Part shown: positions 1 to 11,929 of the stretch, one piece after another | How positions within the stretch are numbered: position 1 is the first letter of the stretch | Layout: each line of letters starts with the position of its first letter | DNA from: Podarcis erhardii | Lineage: Eukaryota | Assembly (NCBI GenBank): GCA_964252035.1 | Contig: OZ176206.1 | Strand: one strand, 5' to 3' | Length of the DNA stretch: 64,000 nt | Program-made: the position numbers and the translations under genes | Notes under the pieces: generated by a model | The model's input: only the letters and a program-made list of their open reading frames with translations | Databases searched by the model: none | What the model was told of the DNA's origin: nothing

Positions 1-621
1 ATACTCCAAAATGAATTGAAAACTAAGCTGAAAGGACCAAATTCTGAAGGACTGAGCATTCATAGATCATCTGATGAAACACATGTAAATATGGCATCCG
101 GCCTCCTCGGTTTGTTTGCTGGCAGCTCCAGCCTGAGGGGACCCACAACCGTCCCAGACCACAGAGAAAGGCAATGGCAGGACAGCAGCAGAGAGCACAT
201 GCTGTTTGCACAGCCAGGACTCCAGCTCTCAGTGCTTCTAATTTTGTACTGATGTGCAAAACCAGCAGTGCGCGAAACGGCACCCTCAGAGGCACAGGCA
301 GTCTGAAGCACAAGAATGCTTCAGAGCCCTCCCCAGCCAGAACTGGGGAGAGCTAAGCAAAAAGCTCCTTTCCCCCTACAGCCAGTCTCCTTGAGTTGCT
401 CTTTCCATGAATGATTGGCCCAGATTGAAGGAGGTGGGTTGAGGCATACCCTGCCTTGGCAGCTCAGACAGGGCTCCCGGGGGACTAATACTGGCATGTA
501 AATATTAGATCCTCATGTCTCCTCAGAGACCAATTACATAAATCATGGCAGCTCCCACAGGACTGCCAGCTTCCACTTACTGTATCATCGTTAACAGCTT
601 ATTAAGGAGCAGCTGCTCAAG

Positions 622-643
622 GAGAGAGAGAGAGAGAGAGAGA
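622..643. repeat. (GA)n microsatellite
   Basis: Direct reading. Confidence 0.9.
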
Positions 644-855
644 TGAAGAGAGAGGGGGGGGATCCATCTCCTCCTTGGAGCACCCCACCTCCCAATCCTG
701 ACAGTGCCACACCCAAATACATTTCATGCAATTAATCCCAGCCAAAGTGACAGAAGTATTTTTGAGTACTAATGAAGAATGGGCCATAGAGGCACTGTTA
801 CATGCTAAGGTAGGTCTTGGGCAAGAACCATGGCATTAAAAAGACATGGTATGCC

Positions 856-1650
856 AAAATCATATTGCTGAGGTAGAAAAGGTGCAGAAAGGGGCAACAC
901 CAATATTCAAGGAACTACAGCAACACACCTAGAGCAACATGTGACGCTTTTTAGTCTAGGCAAAAGGTGAGAAAAGGAGGATGTGATAGAGGCAGAGAAG
1001 ATCATGCATGGTGTGGAGAGAGTGGAGAGAGAAAAGTTTATCACATTACTAGAACCTAAAGGGCTCATCCAATGAAGCTGAATATTGGAAGATTTGAGAC
1101 AGACAAAAGGAATCATTCTTCACACAATGCTTAATTAAACTTTGGAATTTGTTCCCACATGGGGCAGTGATGGCCACCAACTTGGATAAGCTTTGAAAGA
1201 GGATTAGACAAAATCATGGATGATAGCGCCATCAACTGCTACTAGTCTGATAGTTAGTTCCACCTCCACAGTCAGTGGTAGCATAGTTCTGAATGCCACT
1301 TCTTGGAAATCGCAAATGGGGAGAGTGCAGTTGCACTTAGGTCCTGCTTGTGGGATTCCCAGAAAAAATCTGGTTGGCCACTGCTTATCCACACTTCTGC
1401 TTCCCCACAGCTTTCCCCCAAGAAAACCCACAGTTGAGTGCTGAACTGAAACAAACAGCAATCAAGTTTTCCATGGATTGTCGTTTGTTTTGATTTGGCA
1501 CTAAAGAGTGGGTTTTCCAGGGGAATATGGTACGGTTAAGGCAAAACCACCCGTGCTTTCTAGGCACAGGACAAGCAGAAGTGTGGATGAGCCCCAGAAT
1601 GCTGAACAAGGTGATGGGTCATGAGCCTGATGTAGCCAGGCTCTTCTTAT
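856..1650 (+). mobile_element. CR1 LINE 3' fragment (end of ORF2 and 3' UTR), interrupted by a MITE
   Basis: Degenerate EVEKVQK.ATK..G, HPMKLNIGRF.TDKR and LD...KRGLDKIMDD motifs; terminal gcctgat..agccaggctcttcttatgt. Confidence 0.88.
1383..1594. mobile_element. PIF/Harbinger-type MITE (GGGCT(C/T)(A/G)TCCACACTT family)
   Basis: TIRs gcttatccacacttctgctt / aagcagaagtgtggatgagc; related copies at 31420, 56037 and 58940. Confidence 0.75.
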
Positions 1651-2601
1651 GTTTAAAAATATTATTTTGAAGGGGACGGGGCAGACAGACCAGGCATGCC
1701 CTTATGATTTTAACAATGGTTTGATGGGCAAAAACCAGCTGAAGCAACCCTTTCACAACATAGAGATAAGCATTACTACTTGCTAATTTCTGCACATCAA
1801 GCGGATGTTGAAAGGTGCTACAAATTTAATCCCAGCTGATTGCCTACCCAAGCCTTTCTCTACCCTCTCTGTCTCCCCCACCCCCAACAAAACAAAAAAG
1901 CTTTTTATTTCCTGTGTTGCTTTCTTTGGAGGAAAGGGGATGGCGGAGACAGTTCTTAAAAGTTATAGCCTCTTCTTCTTTACCCTCCCCACTAGGGATA
2001 CATAATAAGAGCTGTCTGCCCATCTTTCTCCCAGGTACAATTGAGCCTGCATTCTGCCAGAGAACCCTCCAAATCGGATTACTCTGGCATTAAAAGGTGA
2101 ATCTAATTTGGAGCTGCCACCCTTTGGCAGGAGACCCATTAGCTCTCCTTGTGCGGCTCCATCTAGGCTCTCCCAGCAGGGAAGCAGAGTTGTACAGAAG
2201 AGAGGGGGGAGGGGGGAGGGGGGAGGGGAGCCCAGCAGGGAGATTTGCTGCCTTCCATGAGCTGCTTTCAGATCCTGTCTCTTGCAGGCAGCTGGAAACG
2301 GATGAAGAAATGCTCAGGGCAATTAGGCAGTGGGGCAATATACATCACGGCCGAAACATCTGCTAATAATGTCTCTGGTGAGCCATAAAAGCCCAAGGTT
2401 TTGGCCCAGGAACATATAAGGAAAGAGGAAAGGTGGGAGGGAGCACAGTAGAGGGAAGTGAAGCTTGCCCCTTGTAAGAGATTGAAATAGAGCTGTCTGC
2501 ATGCAGTTTCTCCCTGGCATTCCTCCACTCTGATGGAAGGCTACTTTTCCATCCAAATGTGTGCATGTGTGAAGAGGGATCTTAGTGATAGGAACAAAAC
2601 A

Positions 2602-2612
2602 TATTATTATTA

Positions 2613-2661
<49 letters not shown>
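2602..2661. repeat. (TTA)n microsatellite
   Basis: Direct reading; source of the poly-N and poly-I ORFs. Confidence 0.95.
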
Positions 2662-3199
2662 GAGCTGGGGAAAGGAAGTGGAGGAGTAAACAGTGTTGCA
2701 GGAGGACAATCTGCAAACTTGGTGTGAAGAACTGGATGCCACAGTAGAATTCCGGTGCCCTCTAGTGTTAGGCTCTGACTACTACAGCAGCATGTAAGTG
2801 TTTTTAATGGTTTGCCATACAAGTTCCAAGTTAAAGACTAACAGACTGATTGAGACAGAGGCTTTCGTGCAGCAGATGCATGAAAAGAGAGAAATGAAAT
2901 AAAAGCAGTTAACAGTGGGGAAATGTAGAGAGAAATGTATTAGCTGTGGGGCTAAATACTAACCATGAACTTGGAAGGGGCACAGCTGGCGACATTTCTA
3001 TGCAAAGCCCAAATGTATACAAGATTAGCACCCTGACCTCTCACAGCAACATTCCAGAGGGATAGACGTGTTTGTCTGCTATGCTTTTAATCAGCTGAAG
3101 CCAAGGTTTTCTCTACCACATAAGGAGAGTACTTGCTTTTATTTATTTATTTTACTTATTTCATAAAAATTACACACCACTTGATTATATCTTCAAAGC

Positions 3200-3338
3200 T
3201 TTGCACACAGAAGGTCTCAGGTACAATCCTTGGAGTCTCCAGTTAGAAGGAACAGGAGTTGCAAAAAGCACCCTGGAAAGCCACTGCCGGTCAGAGCTAA
3301 CAATACTGACCCGGTATAAGGCAGCTTCCCATGTTCCT
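3200..3338 (+). mobile_element. Squam3-like tRNA-derived SINE, partial
   Basis: gaaggtctcaggtacaatcc...cctggaaagccactgccggtcag...ataaggcagcttcccatgttcct. Confidence 0.75.
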
Positions 3339-3534
3339 AAAGGGGCAAAATGTTTTCTAAGCAGTGACTCCCACAGTGAATGGTGCCTGTGCTTATCTGA
3401 TTTGCACTTGAGGCTAGCACAGAAGAATTACAGACAGCCTCTTCTACTTTCCATGGACTTTTGGCCGTACTGCTTCTGATTTATTTTCCTATAAACACAC
3501 ATACACTTGTCAGCTTAGCATAGACAGTTCTTCT

Positions 3535-3640
3535 AATGAAATCAGCTCCAATCCACAAAAGCTTTGGCCCCAGTAAATCTGTTTTGCCTTTTAGGTGCCA
3601 CAACACTAGTAGCAGTCTAATACGGCTAACTCCATGGAGA
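3535..3640 (+). mobile_element. Penelope-like element terminal remnant
   Basis: aaagctt..gcc.cagtaaatctgtt...ttttaggtgccacaa...cagtctaatacggcta resembles reptile PLE ends; degraded. Confidence 0.45.
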
Positions 3641-3727
3641 TTTCAGCTTGTTTTACTTGCGCTACAACTCACATAAGCCCCAAGCAGTGTGATCAGTGGG
3701 TACGGAAACAATCATCATAGTAAGCAA

Positions 3728-3917
3728 AGGAACATAGGCATTATAAGAAGTCAGACCATTGGTCCACCTAGCTTAGCGTTGTCTTCACTGCCTGGTACCA
3801 TCTCCCTGGAGTTTCAGGCAGCATTCTCTCCCAGCCCTACCTGGAGATTCCAGGGACTGAACCTGAGACCTTGTGCATGCAAAGCAGGTGCTCTAGCACT
3901 GAGCTACAGCCCTTCCC
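3728..3917 (-). mobile_element. Squam3-like SINE, near full length
   Basis: Reverse complement has the tRNA-like head gctgtagctcagtgctagagcacctgctttgcatgcac and the tail cctatgttcct. Confidence 0.85.
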
Positions 3918-4212
3918 TGAAGTTTGCGATTCAGCTGTGACAGTTTGACCTCTTCCTGTGCAGTTTAGGCTTTATTCTGCCAGAGGGCCAACCAAATCAG
4001 ATTAGCATTAAAAGGTTAATCAAATTTAAGATTCCACAATTCTGCAAGCTTTCAAAGTCCCAGCAGGAAAACTTTACATGAAGATTGCTACGCATAGAAA
4101 GCAGGACTTGCATGAAACTGCCATCCACAGAAAGTAAGACTTAGAACCCCAAGACTTAGAACTCCAGAAGCAAATCTGTGTCTCTGTCCCCCTCTCTCTC
4201 TGATAACACTAG

Positions 4213-4705
4213 AGTTCAGTGTTGGAAGATTCAGGGCAGACAAAAGAAAAATACTTTGTCACACAGCCTATGGTTAAACTATGGAATTTGCACCTGCTAG
4301 AACAGGCTTCCTCAAACTTGGCCCTCCAGATGTTTTGAGACTACAATTCCCATCATTCCTGACCACTGGTCCTGTTAGCTAGGGATCATGGGAGTTGTAG
4401 GCCAAAAACATCTCTGGAGGGACGAGTTTGAGGAAGCCTGTGCTAGAAGTAAGGATGGTCATCAACTTGGATGGCTTTAAAAGAAGGGTAAACAAATTCA
4501 TAGGAATAAGGCTGCCAATGGCTACTAGCCATGATGCATATGTTCCACCTCCACTGTTGCTTTGAATTACAAGTGGAGAGAGAGCTGTTGTGCTTAGGTC
4601 TTGCTTTGGGGATCCCATAGCCCTCTGGTTGGCTATTCTGAAACAGGATGCTGGACTAGATGGGCCCTTAGCCTGACCCAGCAGGCTCTTCTTACATTCA
4701 TATGC
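4213..4705 (+). mobile_element. CR1 LINE 3' fragment, interrupted by a hAT MITE
   Basis: gttggaagattcagggcagacaaaagaaaatac...ttggatggctttaaaaga...ggactagatgggcc...gcaggctcttctta. Confidence 0.88.
4303..4440. mobile_element. hAT MITE, 138 bp
   Basis: TIR caggcttcctcaaact / agtttgaggaagcctg; perfect 8-bp TSD TGCTAGAA (4295-4302, 4441-4448). Confidence 0.93.
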
Positions 4706-5139
4706 TCTTTCTGTCCCAACCCAGTTAGAACCCTGCACACACATATACCACACTTGCCATAGGTTACATAACGTTTGTCTTTCAAAACACCCACTCACAC
4801 CAATAGGCCAACACTTGGCAGATGGCATTTGTAAGAGAAACACAAAGCACCGTTTCTCAGTCCATATGCACAGCAAGAGGCATAATAACAAGAAAGGGAA
4901 AGAAACACTGAAATAACACACAACCATAATGAACTTTTGGTTCTCAACTGAAAGTCAGCATGCGCTCTCTGTCTCTCTCTCTCTCTCTCCCTTCACAAAT
5001 TCCATAGAATGCAGCATAGAGCTCCCAAGATACTGGTCAATGCTCTAGCATGGTCTTTTTGCTTACATTAGCACCATAAACTCACAGGTCCTGAGCCTCT
5101 TCCCTCTCTTTTATATATTTAATAAAGTCAACCCAGACA

Positions 5140-5353
5140 AAAATTACATTTATATCCCACCTTTCCTCCAAGGAGTTCAAGGCGGTGCCATGGTTTCCCC
5201 CCTCCCTATTTTATCCTCACAACCCTGTGAGGGAAGTTAGAGTGAGAGATAATGACTGGTCCAAGTTCACCTGATGAACTTTACAGCTGAGTGCAAGTTT
5301 GAATCCTGGTCTCTCGAACCTAGTCTGACACTCTAACCACTGCACCACACTGG
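5140..5353 (-). mobile_element. MIR/CORE-like tRNA-derived SINE
   Basis: Reverse complement head ccagtgtggtgcagtggttagagtgtcagactagg...ggattcaaac, core ctcacagggttgtgagga, tail gtgggatataaatgt. Confidence 0.75.
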
Positions 5354-6524
5354 ATAAAAAGTGTCTTTTCTTAATATCCCTCTGTGTAAATGGAACTTTT
5401 TGTGTTAGCTGTTCTGACATTTGTAAATCAAATGGGGAGGGAATTTAAAAACCTCTTAAAATGGTCTGACAAGTACCTGTGAGATCACAGGTGACTCTTC
5501 CTCTTTCCTGCTCGCCAGGCAAGCCCTCTCTCTGCCCACTACTATATACTGTAGCTATAAATGCATTTATTCTGGTCTGGAAGCCCTCTGAGGTTATATC
5601 ATATAGCCAAGGAAGGTCAGGAGCACTCGTTTGAGAGTCTGGGAATACAACACAATACTTTCTTACATGTCCCACTTGCATAAGAACAATAAAAATGACA
5701 GTATAATATGTTGGTAGCAATATACCGGTACTCAGCAAAGATGGGGCATAGCCCTCTCCACTCCAAAGCCATTATAAGGAGAGGGGCGGAACCTTGTGAT
5801 TAAATGTCTCAGAGCATGGACACAATTTCCTATCCTGGTGCTAAAATCTCATCTCACAGGCCTAACTCTCACAAACAGAGAATGGAGTGCTACACCTGTT
5901 CTCGGATGGTACCACTTCAGACTACCAGTGGGGCCTTCCATAGTTGAATGCTCCTCCCTAAAATAAACAAAAAATACCCCCCAACACACACATACACATA
6001 TATAAAGAAAGCTAGCATGTCAAAAAGAAGAGTTCTTCCTGACATTCTAGTTTGCTTGGTGCATGATGTTTGTTTCAGTTTGCATGAAGGAAAATCTTGT
6101 CAACAGCTCTGTCACAAATTGACCCTCATTCTTTGTGAGAACGAGGTCACCAAAGAAATCAGGAACCAGGAGCAGAGAAGAAGCAAAAACCGTGACACTA
6201 AGGCTGGGGGATGAGGGGCACACAGTTTTAGGCAAATGCTCTTGTTTCTACTCCTTGACAGACTACATGCTGGAGGTGACCATAAAAGACAGGCAAACAA
6301 AACATACTTGCATAATCATTAACACAATGGCCTTTGCCTCTGTTCTCCCAGCTCTGACTTTCTCTATCTAGGCAACTATAAGCAGCCCCATGAGTATTGA
6401 TGGGGGAAGAACCACTGACTGAGATGGGGCTCTCTCTCTAACAACATCATCTCTTAGCGCCACCTCTGCAGACACACAAACATTTTTTTCCAAGCTGCCT
6501 TTGAACAGTGTTGAGGAGGACCAC

Positions 6525-6610
6525 TCCAGGGAAGCCTTCCCCAACTGAGTGCCCTTCAGATGGTTTGGACTACAACTTCCATCAGTCCCTGGAAGAGATA
6601 GGTGGCTCCA
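6525..6610. mobile_element. hAT MITE remnant (GGACTACAACTCCCATC family)
   Basis: cagatggtttggactacaacttccatcag, shared with copies at 4303, 11674, 27790, 36140, 54100 and 60517. Confidence 0.6.
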
Positions 6611-7329
6611 TCCATGCTATGGGAGGGAGTTGCATACACAGGGAGCAGAAATTACATATATGGGATCAAGAAACCTTCAGTTGGCTGAGGGTAGCAGAGT
6701 TGGAGGAGCAGAGATTATCACAGGGATTGAATGATTTAGATTATTTATATCCCACCCTTCAGACAGGCCACAGAGCAGTTTACAACCAAAACAAGAAAAG
6801 AATACCTAAAATCCATATAAAAAACAATCTTTTACAAACACAAACTAACAAAAAAATTAAATGGCAGTTACTAGTAGCAGCAATCAGGTTTCTCCTCTGC
6901 TAAATGCTACAGAGTGAGTTGCACATGCAAGGAGCCATCCCTGAAAAGGCCCTTCCCTGGCCCCTCATACCATGGACTTAATCCTGTATAGGGGAGACCA
7001 GCAAGAGAGCCTGATCTGCTGATCTTAAAGAATGGGATGTTTGATATGGGAGAAACTATACAGAGAGAAACTGGAGATATGTACCTAAGGAGAGACTGCT
7101 GGAGCAGGCTCCCCCACCCCCACCCTCTCTCTCATAAAATGTATATGGAAAGTACCATCTTAAAAGGGTGAATTCCACATTCTCTCACACAGATAGAAGG
7201 GATGCCTCTTCTGAGATGCTGCCGTTTGTAGCACATGCCTACATGTGCTTATGTAGCCCTCCCCCACCCCCAAATAGAACTGTGTACTTTTTTCACATGC
7301 CAATTTAAGCTGCACTCCTAGGTATACTA

Positions 7330-7685
7330 GGGACATGGGTGGCACTGTGGTCTAAACCACTGAGCCTTGGGCTTGCCAATCAGAAGGTTGGAGGTTCGAA
7401 TCCCTGCAACAGAGTGAGCACCCATTGCTTGGTCCCAGCTCCTGCCAACCTAGCAGTTTGAAAGCACGTCAAAGTGCAAGTAGATAAATAGGTACCGCTC
7501 CAGCGGGAAGGTAAACAGCATTTCTGTGCGCTGCTCTGGTTCACCAGAAGTGGCTCAGTCATTCTGGCCACATGACCTGTATGCCGTATGCTGGCTCCCT
7601 CAGCCAATAAAGCGAGATGAGCGCCACAACCCCAGAGTCATCCATGACTGGACTTAACAGTCAGGGGTCCCTTTACCTTTTACCT
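7330..7685 (+). mobile_element. Sauria SINE (Squam1), full length
   Basis: Head gggacatgggtggcactgtggtctaaacc; body aaagtgcaagtagataaataggtacc; tail ggtccctttaccttttacc; TSD cctaggta(t/c)act. Confidence 0.95.
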
Positions 7686-8184
7686 AGGTACACTTACTAA
7701 GGAGCAAGCCCACTGAGCTCAAGGACCAGGATGTAAACATGCTTAGGGTTCACACTGAAAACCAATTCATTAACTGAGTAATCGACTAAAACTCATATAA
7801 TTAATCAGCTGAGGAAGTTCATTTGCCAGGCAAAACAGCGCTAATTATAATGTAGTAAAACACACACACACACACAAGCTGCTGGTCTATGAAATGTATA
7901 TGAGCACTTGGGCACAGTAATGAATTTCTGGAAGGAGAAGATGTGGCCCAGGGCTGCCTTTAAATTGCAACTTCCAATCTAGAAGCTTCTGTTCCAAGGT
8001 TTGTGGGGCCCAGCAATCACAGTCACAAAGTAAGCTGCCTTAAAACACACCAGCCTGGCTCCACACCTCTCCAGGTTCTAAGGCAGAGAAGTTATTTCCC
8101 CTTCACCAGTTACCTGATCCATCCATTAGGACCCTCTCTTACTAATGAGGAGTAGATACACAGTGCATGCTCAAAAAGATACTG

Positions 8185-8346
8185 GAGCTGTATGCACAAT
8201 GCATGCATTTAAAGAACCCACCCACCGAGTCCAGGAAACTGTAGTCTGCTATCACACAGCAACAATTCACAATACCCTTAACAAACTATAGTTCCCAGGA
8301 CTCTTTGGAGGGGTACTTTAAATGTACGTATGGTGTGTGCACAGCC
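8185..8346. mobile_element. Palindromic MITE (GGCTG..TACAC..CATACATTTAAAGCAC family, probably Harbinger)
   Basis: Ends gctgtatgcac...catttaaag / tttaaatgt...gtgtgcacagc; same family at 10250 and 16470. Confidence 0.65.
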
Positions 8347-8392
8347 CCAGTGTCTTTTTGAGTATGCACTTATGTATCTAATTATATTAAAC

Positions 8393-8700
8393 CGATCAGA
8401 AGGTCGGCGGTTTGAATCCCCGCGACGGGGTGAGCGCCTGTTGCTCTGTCCCAGCTCCTGCCAACCTAGCAGTTCAAAAGCACATCAAAGTGCAAGTAGA
8501 TAAATAGGTACCACTCTGGCGGGAAGGTAAACAGCATTTCCGTGTGCTGCTCTGGTTCGCCAGAAGCGGCTTAGTCATGCTGGCCACATGACCCAGAAAC
8601 TGTATTCCAGCTCCCTCGGCCAATAAAGAGAGATGAGCGCCGCAACCCTAGAGTCGTCTGCAACTGGACCTAATAGTCAGGGGTCCCTTTACCTTTACTT
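8393..8700 (+). mobile_element. Sauria SINE, 5'-truncated
   Basis: ccgatcagaaggtcggcggtttgaatccccgcgacggggtgag...ggtccctttacctttac; CpGs retained, so relatively young. Confidence 0.93.
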
Positions 8701-9448
8701 TTAAGCCACATATAAGTTTACATTTACATATCTTCCCCTCACTAGGGGCCTGGGAACTGTAGTATGCCCCTCATACAGCTACTAGCTACACTTCCCAGCA
8801 TATGTAACAAACTAGTTTCCCATATTCTTGGATGAGGGGGAGTGTGCTTTGAATGTGTACTCAGACTAAATTTTATCCCATTTTAGTCCTACTCAGGGTA
8901 GACCCATTAAAGTGAATGAAGAAGACTATTGTAGATTCATTCATTTCAATGGATCTACTCTGCATAAATGTCAGTTGAAGCACTTTCTTCTTCATAATGG
9001 CTTCACACATTCCAAGGCAGATTCCTGGCATCGATCAAAGCTTCTGGGGCCAAGCCCCTACTTCCCCTCCATGAAGCTGTAGAATTTAATCATCCAGCTG
9101 TTTTTAGAAGCAGATGTATAGACATCTGGCAGAGAGACTGGATCTAAGAGGAATGCTAGTTCAGTGTGTCCTGTGAGGCGGAGGTAGCAGGACTAGATTA
9201 CTTTGAAGGTCCCCTTCCAATTTGAGAATGCTCTGGATTCTCTCAAGAGCCACAATATTATGGATACAAGGGTGGTTTTGTTTTTAAAAAGTAACTGCTT
9301 TTGTTTGTTGCTTTGAAAACTTTTTTAAAAACCTGATAGCTGCCTTGAACTCTGTGAGTACAATGGGCTACAGGAGGCAGTGGTTTTTTTTAAAAGAGAG
9401 AGAGAGAGAGAGAGGGAGGGAGAGAGAGAAGGTAAACTCTCTATAAGG

Positions 9449-9986
9449 CAGAGGTAGCCAACATGGTGCCCTCAGATGTTGTTGAACTCCAGCTCCCATC
9501 CGCCCCAGCTAGGATGACCAATGCTCAGGGATGATGTGGGCTGTAGTCCAACAACTGGAGGGTACTCCATTGGCCAGGGGTCGCCAACGTGCAGCCTATG
9601 GGTCGGATGCGGCCCACGAAGGCTGTTTTACTGGCCCACGAGCCGCCCCCCCCAACCAAGCTGCCCACTCAGCGAGTCCCCAGCGTGCTGCACTAAACCG
9701 GTGTGGCACAGTGCGGGGACTCACCGAGTGGCGCTGGAAATTGCTTCTGTGCATGCACAGATACCAAACATTGCGTCTGCGCATGTCCAGACGCCAAAAA
9801 TTGCTTCTGCACAGGCATGATTTTTGGTGTCTGGGCATGCACAAAAACAATTTCTGGCGCCGTGGACATGAGCAGATGCGATTTCCAGTGTCACACTGCG
9901 CCAGTCCGGCCCACAGATGATCTCTGTGGGAGTGATCCAGCCCATGGCCGGCAAACCTTGCCGACCCCTGCCATTGGTTATCCTTG
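9449..9986. mobile_element. hAT MITE with a second hAT element nested near its right end
   Basis: Outer ends cagaggtagccaac / ttggttatccttg; body gatgttgttgaactcc...ctgtagtccaacaactggaggg. Confidence 0.7.
9575..9970. mobile_element. Nested hAT non-autonomous element, 396 bp, with internal ~40-bp degenerate tandem repeats
   Basis: TIR caggggtcgccaa / ttgccgacccctg; 8-bp TSD CCATTGGC / CCATTGGT; CpG-rich. Confidence 0.9.
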
Positions 9987-10249
9987 CTGTAAACTGTTCA
10001 GGCCATCCCATAGGGGTTGTCCAGAAGATGCTGCAAATGAGTGTTCCCTCTCTTACAGGAGACAAAGTGCCTTGAAATCAAGAGTGACAATCAGCAAGGC
10101 GACCCTAGAGGCTGGTAATGACTTACTGCTCAATAAAAGCACCACCCCCACTCCTTGCTGTGAGTGGGAGGGGCCAAGAGGAAGCCGGCCCCATCTTCCT
10201 CCTCCTCCTCCTTTTATGCCGTGCATCACAGGAACTGCTAGTCAAGTCA

Positions 10250-10416
10250 GGCTACAGAGACACCATACATTTAAAGCACATTTTCCAGTCCCAAAGAATT
10301 CTGAGAACTGTAGTTTATTAAGGGGCGCTGGGCATCATAGCTCTGTGTGGGTACACTACAGTTCCCAGGATTCTTTAGGGCTGTTGTGTGCTTTAAATGG
10401 ATATTGTGTATGCAGC
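10250..10416. mobile_element. Palindromic MITE (same family as 8185)
   Basis: ggctacagagacaccatacatttaaagcaca...tgtgctttaaatggatattgtgtatgcagcc. Confidence 0.75.
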
Positions 10417-11673
10417 CTCCACATGGTTCAAAATGAAAGAGGAGACACACAGACACTCCTCTTGGGTACCAGCCTGTATTGCACATACACACAAACAGGC
10501 CAGTCCTCCATGGGATCTGTTGCTGAGGATAAGCAGGCAGTGGCTGCTCTAGTCCAGGTACAGACCTGCTTAATAATGTCACTGCCAAAAAGAGAAAGGC
10601 AAAAAAAAGAGTGAGAAAGGCAAGGTCAAAACAAACACTCAGACAAATGTGGGTCATGCCAGGCCTGACCAGCTCAAAAATAGTCAGTGGTTGGAATGGG
10701 ACTCGGGAGAGAAAGGGCAAAGCTATGCCCCAAGGAGCAAACAGTACAACGATCACAGGGCAAATAAAGGCAGAATTAGGGCTCTGTGCATGCTGCAATT
10801 AAAAACAACAATGAAAGTCTGCAACAACATAACCTAATTCTGTGACCTGCATAAGGTCCCCTATCTCCCATTTCTAGTCTTGTCATCATGCATGTGGGCA
10901 TTGTTTTAAGGAACCTGTTAAGTTCTAGAAAACTCAAAGTGTATATATTTACAGTTGAGGGAGGAGGGAATATCAGAGCCAAAACTGGCATCCACACAGA
11001 ATATAAAGACCTCCCTTTATTTAATTTTTTTAAAAAAGGAAAAGAAACAAGAAAACATTCCCCTTTTAAGATGGGAAGTAAGGTGGTTGTGGGAGCCATC
11101 TTTTGCTATTTCTCCTTGACCTGCGACTCCAGAAATCTTTAAGATAAATCACCTTAGCAACTTTAAACCATTACACTGGACAAGCTGGGCAGAGGGGCTC
11201 TGAGCATGATGGAGGGTGTAGGGAGAAGAGGAGAATGGAATTCTGTTGAAATCGGAGCCAGCTGCTCTCTGGCTCTTGCTGACAGGGAGCAGTCAACTCC
11301 TGGGAGAAAGATTGCTCACATTCCTGCGCTTCCCAAGGCTCTTGGCTACGCTCAGCCACAACAAAGGGCAGGCGGAGCGCCCAGGATGAAGAAAGGAAAG
11401 GAAAACATGCTAAGATATTCCATCTTTCTCCTTGCTCCCCCACCCACCCACAACTCACACTGATGTTGTTGTTTTCTCCCACTTTCAGGAGACAACAAAT
11501 TTTGGGAGGTTATGGAGAACATGGCTGACATGCATATAATTCTAATGTCTATCTTTTCTCCTTCCTGCATGGAAAAAAGGGCCTCTCAAAGCTCACCTTT
11601 GCTCATATTCATTATGTTTTCCTAACAATCAATCCAGATGAACTGCCCAAGTAGAAAATTGAGCTGGCCAAGA

Positions 11674-11812
11674 CAGCCTTCTTCCTGCTCCACATCCTCT
11701 AGGTGTTGATTGACTCCCACTCCCATCAACCCCAATTGATGCGGGCAGTGGACAAGGATTATGGGAGTTGGAGTCCTGCAACATTTGGAGGGTACCAGGT
11801 TGTGGAAGCCTG
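11674..11812. mobile_element. hAT MITE (family of 4303), degraded
   Basis: ctcccatc...tgggagttggagtcc..caacatttggagggtaccaggttgtggaagcctg. Confidence 0.65.
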
Positions 11813-11929
11813 TTCAGGATCAAAGCAAAAAGTACAGCCTAGTCTCTCCTCCACTCAGTCAGATTTGTTGTTTACCTATATGATCGTCAAGAAACCCGAA
11901 TGGCAAGGTAATACTAGAATCCCAAGGGA

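Noticed and set aside
2323-2822. ORFs with poly-Asn or poly-Ile tracts
   Set aside because: Translations of the (TTA)n microsatellite.
4379-4927. 182-aa minus-strand ORF
   Set aside because: Antisense read-through of a CR1 3' end and a hAT MITE.
9703-10614. 303-aa ORF with Cys-rich repeats (CFCACTD/CVCACPD)
   Set aside because: The repeats come from the internal tandem units of a hAT element, and the ORF runs through two unrelated MITEs and unique DNA.
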